A DNA stretch of 63,380 bases from Pelomyxa schiedti (taxonomy: Eukaryota > Protista > Evosea): positions 1 to 63,380 of the forward strand of contig JAHLWZ010000358.1 of the NCBI GenBank assembly GCA_020536535.1, given 5' to 3'. How positions within the stretch are numbered: position 1 is the stretch's first letter; each line of letters opens with the position of its first letter. Made by a program: the position numbers and the translations under genes. Shown piece after piece: positions 47,343 to 59,000 of this stretch. The notes beneath the pieces were generated by a model. The model searched no databases, had not been told where the DNA came from, and worked only from the letters and a program-made list of their open reading frames with translations.

Positions 47343-50187
47343 ATGCCGCGCCGGCGAACGAGGGAGTACGACGCCAAGCGGTTGTTGTCCCAGCACGCGC
47401 CACGTCTGATGACGACGTCGGCGTCGGGGGGAGGAGGAGGCGTGGGCGTGGGCGTGGGCGTCGGGGTCGGCGGAGTGGGCGTCGGCGGGGGGCTTGGGCT
47501 CCTGAGATGGTGGGGCCTCGAGCTGGTGTCCTCGTGCTGCCCCGCGTCGCCGTCCACGACGCCGCAGGACCTGGCCCTGGCCGACGTGCGGTCGTCGGGG
47601 GGCTCGTCGTCCGCGTCGGTGGGCGCGACGGCCTCTCCCATAATCCCGCCGCAGGCCATGGTCGTCGACTTGGTGCCGTGCGTGCAAGTCAACAAGGACA
47701 CGGACTTGGCCAGGCTGGCCATGGCCCACCCGTGGATCAACGCCACCAAGTTGGTGTGCAAGGCCGACGATCTGATAATTGGACAAAGGAAAGCTTATGA
47801 TTTGGCTCTGATTGATGCCACGCTTGAGGATGTGTGTAATTTTTTTATTTCTTTTATCATGAACAATTCTCTAGCCACACTTAATAGTTTTTTTTTTTTT
47901 TTTGACTTTACCTCTGTTTTCTTAAATGTTATCAGGTTGTGAAGTTCATTGATGCTACCTCAAAGAGGAGCGTAACTGTAAACTCTGTAACTGGTATGCC
48001 TATTCCGTTACAGTGAAGTGTAATTGGCTCTCGCAGGCATAGTTTCAAATTTCCTTGTTGAGCCGTTTGTTCCCCATAGGCGGGAAGATGAATTTTATCT
48101 TTCCATTTCCTCAGAGAGACTTGGGAATAGGTTACTTCCCTGAACCAGTTACTGCTTTCCTTTACCTATTTGGAAGAATTCAATTCGGTCCACGTGGAGA
48201 AACAGTTGAGCAGCGCTATAATGAATTGCACAACATGTTTATTCCGCTTGATTGTAGTATAGCACCAGCACCTATTATCCAGGTTTTATGTCCCAACATA
48301 TCTAGCGTGCCTCCTGCTAGAATTGCCGAGTTTATTTGTATTGCATATAAGGTTCGGTTACACTTTTCAGCAGTACTCTAAATCAAAAGGAAAGATGTTT
48401 GAGGATCTCGAATTTACTTTCATGGAGTTCAACCCAGTGGTCTTCTTACCACCCGACGGCTGTGTAGCTCCTCTAAGTATGCAAGCTGAACTGGACCACG
48501 TGTGTGTACTAACTTTTTGTCTTCCCTCTTCTTTATTTCTTATTCTTGAAGAAACCTAATAAACATGTACAAAGGCATCCTGGTTCCGTAATAACAAAAA
48601 GTGGGGAGATACAGACTTCCCTCGTGTTTTTGGGTTGCATTCACCTGAGGAGGAATATGTTACTCAATTGGATGCTTTGGTAAAATCCCTTTGACACATC
48701 ACATTGTTTCACACAACATCTAGAGCTCATCTTCATTGAAATTGCATGTAATTAATCCAAGAGGTCGTATCTGGTGCATTGTAGCTGGTGCAGGGGCATC
48801 AATGGTATTGGCAGATACTATTGACCATGCAGGAATGATTGCTGATCTTGCTAACTTCGGGGAATACGCAGGTAATCATTTCGAGGAAACCTGCGTTCCC
48901 CTAACTGCTTGAAGGTAACCCCGACGAAGAGGAAACATACAACTTTGCACGTACAATAATACAGCTTTCCACTAGCAACTATGATGGGAGAGGAAGGGTC
49001 TTGCTTGTAGGTGGAGGGATTGCCAACTTTACTGATGTATCTATCACTTTCAAGGTTCATCAAGCCCATTTCCCCAGTTTAACTAATTAATCCTGACCCC
49101 CTCCCCCTCCCACTTCAAAACCTATCTCTGTATCTCCTCCCGTATCTTCCCCCAGGGAATTGCTCATGCCATACGGGAGTACCAGGATGGCCTCAAGCAA
49201 GTGCGCGCCCGGGTATATGTAAGGCGTGCGGGGCCCAACTATGTGCCAGCACTCAAAATCATGCGCGAGCTTGCGGCCGAGACCGGCCTGCAGATCAGCG
49301 TGTACGGCCCGGAGCTCCCGATGACCGCCATCGTGCCCATGGCCGTGGAGTACCTCAAGTCCATGGACGCCGCGGCCGCCGCTCAGCCCCAGGCACCCAC
49401 GGGCCCAGTTCAGCCCGGCACCACCACATCCACATCCACATCGACAACATCCTCGTCATCATCCGGCTCAACGGCAGCAACATCCACAAACTCCGCAACC
49501 AATTCTGCAACGACGACAACAACAGCCACCGGCACCGGCTCCTCTTCAGCATCCGCAGCCACATCAACATCAACATCACCATCAATAGCAACAGCAACAG
49601 CAGCGACCACAACAGCGTCGGCTTCGCAGGCCAACTCATCGGCGACGTCGCCCTCTGCGTCACCGTCGACTTTGGCGTCGTCTACGTCGATGGACTACCT
49701 CAGCAGGTTTGACGGGGTGGCTCAGAACTTGCAGCAGAGCGCCTCTGCCCTCGACTACACGAGCGTCTTTGACGGAGTCAAGCTGTGCCGGCCCGAGGCC
49801 CAGCCGCCGTCCTTGTCAACGTCGGCCCCAACGCCCTCCTCCTCCTCGTCGTCGTCAGCATTGGCGTCTTCGTCTTCGTCTTCGTCTGCTCGAACTTCTC
49901 AGGAGCAGCAGAGGGCACCTCCGTCGTTGATCAAACTTCCTCCTCCACCGATTCCTCTGCAGATTGTGGAACTGGACACTGCAAGTTTGCAGTCGTCGCT
50001 GATGCAACTCCCACAGCAGCAGCAACAACAACAACAACACCAACAGCAGGTGCAGCCGCCACCGCGGGGTTATGGGTCGCCGTCATCGTCGTCGTCTTCG
50101 TCGCCCTACGACTCGGACGATACCCCTCCAATGACGCCACCGCCTCACGATCTCAACAGTGTTGTACTATCGGAAAAACAAGAATAA
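47343..50187 (+). CDS. ACLA: ATP-citrate lyase A-type subunit (ATP-grasp plus citrate-binding half) with Gly/Val insert and long S/T/Q tail
   Basis: REYDAKRLL, FLVEPFVPH, EFNP, FPRVFG, SLKLHVINPRGRIWCIVAGAGASMVLADT, LANFGEYAG, VGGGIANFTDV, VYVRRAGPNY, VYGPELPMTAIV. Confidence 0.9.
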
Positions 50188-50391
50188 ACCACCGGCCGTG
50201 TTAACTTTTTTTCTCACTGCTCAATCTCACTGTGTGCTGGATAGCCAGAACAGTTCCTTTTTTAGTGCGTTTTCTCACTGAGCTAAAAAAAGAAGAAAAT
50301 TCTCTTTTATACGAAACGTCGTTCGCATTTTTAATTAAACACAAAAAACCCCCGACAATAACAAGCCATAACATTCACCCGAACAATAACA

Positions 50392-52342
50392 ATGTCTGTC
50401 GTACTAGAAAACAACACGGTCGTCCGCGGCATACTCAATGTCGGTAATACGTGTTACTTGAACTCCGCGATCCAAGTACTTTTTCACGCCAACGGATTCG
50501 CGTCGCGTTTGGAGCTTCATCGACCTCGTAATGCTGACTGCATCGCCAGGCGATGTTTGTCGTGTGTACTTAAGGTACCTATGGCTCTCTGGTTCTCAAG
50601 TGCTAACTTTTTTGCAGAGCTCATTAGAGCGATACCGTAAAGATTCGGTCACGGACTTGTACGAATTACGAGAATTACTGGCCGCTAAGAACTACGAGTT
50701 CCGGGCTGACCATATGGCCGATTCCGCTGAAGCACTGGTATGTGTTTATCTTGTGGTCTCTTTTCTCACACTTCTCTCAAGACGTTCATATTGGACAGTT
50801 TTGATCAAGAGCTTATGCAGTCTTTCTTGCTTTCTGACACGATGCTTGTATGCGATTTTTATGCGCGAATTCCTTTTAATAGTCGTTCAAGGGAACGTGT
50901 CAACACTGCCGTGAAGTTGTTACTACTGAGTATTCCGTACCAATATGTGTGGTACCTCAGAAAACGTGCGCACAGCTAGAATACCTTTTCCTTCCTCACC
51001 GTTCTGTAGGCTCACAGATCAGCATTGGGACCTCAATGCTGCTATTGTTTCTTCACTCCGGCATCCTATGTCATGTCCGGTTAGTCAATACCCCATTTTT
51101 CTATTCATTAACTTGTTTGTAGCACTGTCAAAGTAGTGTGACGCAGGATGCCCTACTTAAGGAACCAGCAAATGTTCTAATAAGTCTCACAGGTTTTTCC
51201 TCGCCTTCTGCTCCTCTTGACTTAAAATTTACGCAGATGCGGGAGGCTTTTATTTTGGTTCCAGTGTTGCCAGTCATCTGGGTACTCATGGCTCTCTGAG
51301 AGATTTGAACCTTGAGGGGACACATTATAAACTCCACGGTCTTGTTTCTTTCGCTCATGCCCACTACACGGCTTGGCTTCTCTCCGGGTCTGAATGTGTT
51401 GAAATTAGTGACAGCTGGACGGCAAAGGTTTGAAAATTGAACATTATCACATAGTTTGACTAATATATCTAGCACGACTTGCGTGCACTTCTAGATATCC
51501 CTCATCCAACACTTCTGATGTACAGCCGTGCCGTAGAGCAGAGCGAGCCACAGCAACGTGATTACTCTTTCCAGGAGCTGCAGAACAATCAAAGTCAACA
51601 GCACGTGAGTGAAACCGAGACCCAGTACCTTAGAACCAAGCCTAGTTACTATCAAGCTGGTCAACCTTCTGATTCGGCATTGTATCCATCCAGGTCACTT
51701 TACAGCACCAGGCCCCGGTACCCACAAGAAAACGGGTACACTATGGGCATAACACAGAATCCTACAAGAGGAGTTGATGACACGATCAAACCGGTGCCAT
51801 ATGAGCAATTTGCTGCTAGATTGCGAGCAGTTTCACCTGAAGCTCTCTCTGATCCTCTCAACTCTTTCCAGCCAGCGCATAATCCTTACACGAAATTGTC
51901 CTACAATACCCAACCACAGCTACAGCCGCAGCCACAAATTCTATCTCCCTCCTACAACCAACAACAACCCCAACCCCCTACTGACAGGTAATTTCTCCCT
52001 CTTCTCCCTTTTCTGTTTAGTGTCACATGCCCGTCACCCCGGCTCTCAGCCGCAGCCAGTCTCGTCACGTCATTCACTCTTCAGTTCATTTGTGCATCAC
52101 ACCGTCTCTCACAGTGCGCCGTTGCCGTTGCCATTGCCATAGCCTTAGTAGCAGCCAGCTCAGCCTCACCTGAATCAGAATCAGCCTTTCACTTGCTTGT
52201 TTTGTGTTGTGCATTACACCTGGCCTCTCAGTCAACTTTAACTCTTTTTACTCACTTGTACTCTCAATACAGGACCACAGTGGTTATTGGAGGTCTGGCT
52301 TTGGCTGCAGCGTGCCTATTCATTGGTCACATGATCCCCTAA
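50392..52342 (+). CDS. Ubiquitin-specific protease (peptidase C19) with Q/P/Y-rich linker and probable C-terminal tail anchor
   Basis: Cys box RGILNVGNTCYLNSAIQVL; MADSAEAL; His box YKLHGLVSFAHAHYTA; final exon TTVVIGGLALAAACLFIGHMIP*. Confidence 0.8.
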
Positions 52343-53323
52343 GCAACAAACTACAACATTCCCAGTAGTTACACCATAACAAAATACAAAGATCACAACC
52401 ACAGCAGTACCACCAGAAAAAACCACACAAAAATAAAGAGGAAGAATTGAAGTATTTCTTTCCAAAACTTGTTCTTTTGTTTCCACTCTCATTCCATTTC
52501 GGCATGTTGCTTCCCCAACTCTTAGAAAGGGAAATCAAATGGCTGCATAAAATAATCAACAGACGGAACGCTGTTGATTACCTGGGTCTCTTTTCTGCTG
52601 AGAGAGAATCCAAGAGAATAGAATTCATGTCCAATACAATCAGCAACCCAAAATGTGCACTTAAAATCCACACCACTCACACTCTTGCTGCCTTTTGGTC
52701 CGCCGGTCTTCTTGCTTTTGCTTGGGGTTCTCTAGTGATTATATTAGTCAATGGAATGGATTAATATACGCCATAGTAGAGTGCTGGCTGGCAGCCCGAA
52801 AGACGCCCACAGCAGGACTCCAAAGTACGGGGAGAGCCGAGCCTGAGAAGGCTCCCCCTGAGGTGTGACACCCTCCAAAACCAAACCTCAACGACCACCC
52901 CACCAGCAGCCCTCTCCCACGAGAGAGGCTTGGCAAAATGGCTGAGAGGCAGGGCTTTGGCAATGCTGCATCAATCCGATCACGATCACGATCACTTCGG
53001 GAATCAACGGTGAGCAGCACTCCGTTTCATGTGCCAGAGTACTAAAAGCGAGCACGAGCCACCAGCAAACACCCAGCAGGCACCCAACACAGCTTAAGAC
53101 AACACGTAGATCGAGCAGCAAAACAACGTCACACGTCACTTGCGGAAAACCTAACCGCCAGTCACCGGCACTAACCCGCGCTTTTTTTTCCTGTTCTTTG
53201 GATCTCAAAAAAGATTCATGAAGGTGTTTCATTACCTCCTGAAAGGTTCATTCGAGGTGGGCCCTGGAAACAACTTGGTCTGGAAGTTCCGAGGGGAGAC
53301 AAAAAAAAAATCAGGAACACTGT

Positions 53324-56300
53324 TCAGATTGGAAAGAGAATAGGTTTTTTTTTTGTTCTTATATACGTCGAACCCACACTTAATGCGCACTGTTCTAAGG
53401 AGCACATGCAACTTACAGTGTTATTACGATAGAAACGAACGGCACCAGAAAAAGGAGTTGTGAACTGTTGTCTGATCGGGGTGGTTGTTGAAGCAGGGGC
53501 GGAGGCAGAGGTGGTGATGAGGAACCAGGTACCACACACTGTATTCTGCCACTGTGCGCTCGGCTACATGTGGCTTCTTGTCATGTGAGGATGATGATGA
53601 ACCCGGCGATGAGGGCGAGCTGCTGGTGCCCAGCGTGGGCGTGGTCGCCTGGTGGTTGCTGCCGCCGCTGCTGTGGGGAGTCGCCGCGGGCCGCAGAGTC
53701 GGCGGTGGCGGGGGTGAGGAGGTGCGAAGCGGCGGAGGTGGGATTCCCTCTCCCTCTAGGAAGGAAAGTACATCGGGAGTATCTGTAATATCTGTTTGGG
53801 ATTCGAATTAGTGAACCAAGAGGGCTTGGTGACAATGGCACTTACAATTGGCCTGGTGCTTCGCTGGGTCGGAGTTATCTCTTGAAGAACCCTCCTTTGA
53901 TCTGTGGTGACCTTTGGGTTTTTTCTCTTTCCGATGATGTCTTCTATTGGCAGCATATTGCATAGCAACTATAAGGGCCTCTGCAGTAAAAGCGGAAATT
54001 CTCCTCAAATCCTCTGAAATAGCTTTCTTTCTCTCCGGTCCCGAATTTTTGATGCCATGAAAGTAATTTTTGGCAACGTGCACAGTGTTGAGAAATTTCC
54101 AGTGGGTGTGCAGAAATCTAGGATACTGACCAAGAACATGCGTTCTATCTTTTCCTCTTGTCACCTCACACATTCCCAATAGAGCCCCTATCACAAACCG
54201 TATCTCAGATTCCTCGTCTTTAGTCCAGGAGAATTCAAAATTTGAGGGAGGTGCACTGCATAAGACTTAGAGAATACAGGAGATGGCAACCCAAAACACC
54301 AAGGAGCAGCATTTGTACACACTGGGTGAACAGTCAACAGATGTCCAATCCTCGCATCAGGAAAGCTGTGATTCTCCGAAACCCCATCAGCAAATCCACC
54401 TTGTCTTCCTCCGCCACCTTGAACAGCAATATTTGCGTGGCCTCATCACCAACACCTCCTCCTTCTCCTCGTCCCACGGAGACTGCTGCGTCGTTGAGCG
54501 TGTGGATTTTGTCCCTTTCGCCCTTCCTCTCCCGAAACTGCAACCCCCTCCCCGCACCGTCAAGGAGAACAAAAATAAAAGAACTGGCACGCACACTCAC
54601 CTTGCTTCGTGGGACAATTTAGAGCATAATGCCCGAGGCACCACATGAGTAGCACGCGTTCGTGTTGGACATGTTCACCCGGAAACAAAAAAAAACCGTT
54701 GAAATGCCCTAGTGTCGGCGGTCTGGTGGTTTTTTTATTCAGCCAAATCACACCACTTGGTGACAACTGCTGGTTGCAATTCTTTTTGAGAGGATTCAGT
54801 ACAAAGAGCTCTGATAGGTAATGTGGCAGCATCAACAAAGAACCTGGCAAGAAAAGGCTCCTGCCAAAGCACTGATAATGCACGAGAAAATTAAGAAGAA
54901 GCTGGGTAGTGGCAAGAGGGCATCAACAGTGAAATGATCTATCTTAGTCCTTCAAGATTCCTTTGACTTTCTCTGCCCTTTGAATCATGCTCTTAAGGTG
55001 GTTAAGACAATTGAAAGATGTGTACTGCTTTACCGGAAACATCGTCTTGAGATTGGATTTGGTTACTTGGGTATTTCTAGAGAACGGAATGTTTAAAAGC
55101 TGCAAGATAGTGAGAGTTGTAGAATCGTCTAGTCCCCACCATTCTAGAGCCAAGGCACACTTCGGGACCCATACACTCTCTTTTTTTTTTTTTTTTTTTG
55201 GTTGTTAAGAGAAAGTAGATAGAGATTTTTACTTCGACATCCAGATTCTAGCGAGTGTGTACAATCGGCTAGGGTGCAATCCAGAGTATCGCGTTTCTGT
55301 ATTGTAAAATGAATAAACTTCCAGTCAGTTAATTCCCTAACAATGAGAGGGTTTTATTTCCAGTAGGGTATCGGAGTTCAAACCATGGTCTTTCTTCCTG
55401 AGGTTGCTTGCCTTTGCAGTACCACAGCACTGCCAATATGTCGCACCAAATAATAGCTTCCATCGTACTATCAAAATAACTTCGAACAGCTACACTGTTC
55501 AATAATGTTTTGAACACTGTTGTGTACGACAGAGATAGTCCTGCAAGTTTGTTGAGTTGATAGTCTTTGTGTCACAATGCAGGTACTCGATGAAGAAATT
55601 TCTTGTGTTAAGCACATATTTATTGCTTCGATATATGAAGATAGTGCAAACGGATCATGCTGTGCCATATTCACCAATTCTTCAACGTAATCTTGTTTTT
55701 TGCTTGGATCTTTATTATAAATCTCGGCCAATAAACTGGTTCACAGGAATACTGTAAACAAAAGTGCAATGAAAAGAAAGAAGACCTGATAGGATAAGGA
55801 TCTGGCGTGCCTCGTGCACATTTTAGAAGCCTATCTTTCACAAACTTGGGAGTTGTTCCAACCATGATTGATGCCTTTCATTTTAAGCTTCTGTAGGTTT
55901 TTTAAGGAATACCATACCTCATGTAAAAAGTATAAATGCAAGTCACTAAAAAGTGACTCTTTTTGCCAAACTTCCTCCACAACTTTCACTTGCTCTTTGT
56001 CATGTGAGCCCCCTTTCCTTGGGTAATGGACAACGTTATAAACAGAAGAAGAAGAAGAAGATAAGGATGACCTGAGGTTTACTGCTATTGCCTTCACTGG
56101 TTGCAGAAAATATGTTTTAAATGGCTGCAGTGGATATACATCATCCACAACTCGCAGCAGTTTCCCTGGGTCGTTGGCGTACCGCTCCTTGACCAACTTG
56201 ATAGCAGCGTCGATAGCATCCTCCGGCAATTTCGGCTTTGTTGGCATCACATCAGTAGCAACTGCGGCCGCTGTTGTTGCAGTTGCAGTTGCATTTTCGC

Positions 56301-56565
56301 CAGCGCCAGCCTCCGCAGGAGAATCAACTGGCGCCGGTCGCTCATCAACAGAAGCAGCTGCTTCGGCCCCCGCGTCGGCGTCGGCTACAGGAAGCGGGAC
56401 ATCTAGCCGTGCCTTTGACCGAGACCTCGACTTGTACGACCTCGGCGCCGAGCGCGGCTCCGATTCGAGTACCGGCGTTGACAGTCGAAATGAGGGCGAG
56501 GGCCGATGCGACGACGGTTCGTTTGGCTCGCCGTTTGCCGCGTGCCACTCCGTATCGTAGTCCAT
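53324..56565 (-). CDS. Hypothetical multi-exon protein; no family recognised; 3' end approximate
   Basis: 244-codon first exon from ATG 56565 and a chain of minus-strand exons separated by short GT-AG introns. Confidence 0.6.
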
Positions 56566-56867
56566 TTTTTCGGGTTGTCCAATGTGTGAGGCTAATAGAT
56601 CGCGTTCCCAACTTGGTTCCCAGCGGGGCCTCCGAGCTGGCTCACATCAGACAACTCTCTCGTGTCACACAACATACCGCACAAGGGACCCTGGCACTCC
56701 CGAAGATCCGAATGAATGGACACTGGCCTCCTGACCGGTTGGCGAATTTCTCATTTGGCTGAATAAAAAAAACACCAGACCGCAATCCTGAGCGATGATA
56801 AGGAAAATGACAACGTTCCGGTCTGTTGATTATTTTATTCAGCCATTTACAGTTTCTTCTCAGAACA

Positions 56868-58709
56868 ATGTACAGCTGTGAGCTGCCAAAGGACCCACAG
56901 TCGTGGACTTCGTTTGGTGGCCTTTGTGCTTGCCAAATCACCGTTGTGCCACCACAGATCTCCGAAATGGTCAATTTGACGTCTCTGAACTTGTCAGGAA
57001 ACTCCTTGTCGGATCTTCCTGACACACTGACGGTATCACCTACTTTTTAATTTTGATTTTGATTTGATTTTGTCTTACTTTTTTTTTTTTTTTTTTGGTC
57101 TTTTCCTTTTGTAAAACACTCTCCAGGCCTTGGGTCAATTGAAGGTACTTAACATTGGCTGGAATTGCTTTAGAAACTTCCCAAGTATCTTGTGTAGACT
57201 GCCCTGCTTACTATCCTTAAACATGGAATATAACCAGCTCCGAGTGTTGCCCGATGAGATTGGTTTCTTATTCATTTAGTCCTTCTTGAGTTGATCATTT
57301 ACAGGAAATCTCGCACAACTATCACGTTTATCTCTTGCTGCCAACAACATTTCAACAATTCCTGCTTCCATAGGCACATATCTTGTAAATCGTGGTTCAT
57401 TCATACCCTTTTAGGGTGCATGAAATGCCTTTCTGATCTGTCTTTGCTGGGGAATGCATTGGAGACTTTTCCTTCATGCCTATATTCCTTGGTATCTTTA
57501 TCGAGTTTGAATCTGGAATCAAACAGCATCAGAGAATTTGAGGGTGATTCTTCCAATATGTCTGGATTGATCTCTCTATCCTCGTAGGGTTCCAGCCTTC
57601 ACGTATTTCGAATTACAAAGGTAAACACTACTAGGCTGATTTTACGGCAGAACTGCCTTCAAATATTCCCAGAAATATCACTTCCCAAATTGGAACACCT
57701 AAATTTAGGGTATACAGCTTCAAAACTACCCCATGCTTACAACTGCAGCGAAAATTACTTGGTTGACTTCCCTTGTACTACAGGATTTCCTTCCCTCGAG
57801 ACTCTGGTTCTCGATTGCAACTCTATCACAACAATTCCTATTTCTATAGCAAGATCCACGACTTTGACTAGCCTGAATCTTAGGTCAGTAGGTACCTGAA
57901 AATTTGTAAGTTTTACCTTTTTTTCCCCTAGTTTCAATGAACTAAGATCTCTTCCGCAACTGACTGGACTCAGTTTAAGGAATATAGATATAGCTGGAAA
58001 TTTAGTTTGTATCTTTTTACTTTTTGAAAATCAACACTCTCAGATACCTTCGATGCTACCCTTGCCGGTTCCAGAGGATTGCTTTATTGAAAACCATTCA
58101 GAAGAAGCAAATGAAATCATTGCCGGGCTTTTCCTGGGGTCTGCGGCATCAGCAAAATGCAAGGCTCTTCTTCAGGTTTACATACTGCACACTAACAACT
58201 CTAATACCCGTAGGCAAACAGAGTCACTCATATCGTATCTGCTATCAGAACAAAGCGTCCGTTATATCCCCTAGTAAACAATTTCTTTCCTGGCTTGCTT
58301 TTCTAATACTTTTTTTGCTGGAAGAGCTTCAGGTATTTGAATGTACCTGTGGATGATACAGATGAGGATGATATCCTCTCTTACTTTCCTGCAACGATGG
58401 AATTCATTGACCAAGCAAGAAAGGCAGGTTCTTCAGTACTTGTGCATTGGTATACGAAATTTTATCTCGTGCCTAGCCAACTAAAGACAAAATAGTATGG
58501 CCGGAATGTCACGGTCGGCTACCCTTGTTATAGCATACATCATATTCAAGTTCAATTGTTCTGTTGAAAAGGCCCTAAGTCACACACAACAGAAAAGGCC
58601 CATTGTCTGGCCAAATGAAGGCTTCATTGAGCAACTAAACAAGTGGTATCTCACATTACAAGCACAACAACCATACAGAGAAATCCTACCAGCAGAGGGG
58701 TTGATCTAA
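56868..58709 (+). CDS. Leucine-rich-repeat dual-specificity phosphatase (LRR-DSP); start approximate
   Basis: Repeated LxxLxLxxNxLxxLP (LTSLNLSGNSLSDLP, LETLVLDCNSITTIP); ANEIIAGLFLGS; intact VLVHC-MAGMSRSATLVIAYI; WPNEGFIEQL. Confidence 0.9.
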
Positions 58710-59000
58710 CTCCTCACACTCACCCACACAAAGTGTTTATATACAGTTGGATCACATTCTCATCATACAGATGGCAGAGCAACAACATTATTAGAAATAG
58801 AAATACCTTATGCACTAAAACACAACCCGGACTGACGTTTTAGTGCCCTTCTCCTTTTTCGCTTCATCGACGAAAGTTGATGAAAATAAAAAAAAATAAA
58901 ATAACATCACACAACTACCGATACGCCTTGTGGTGCGACACAAAACCACAAGCGAGAGATCTAACAAGATCTTGCATATAATAACAGAGAGGAAGCGACA

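Noticed and set aside
52447-53232. Short ORFs on both strands and a (GATCAC)3 repeat
   Set aside because: No coherent exon chain or recognisable domain; left unannotated.
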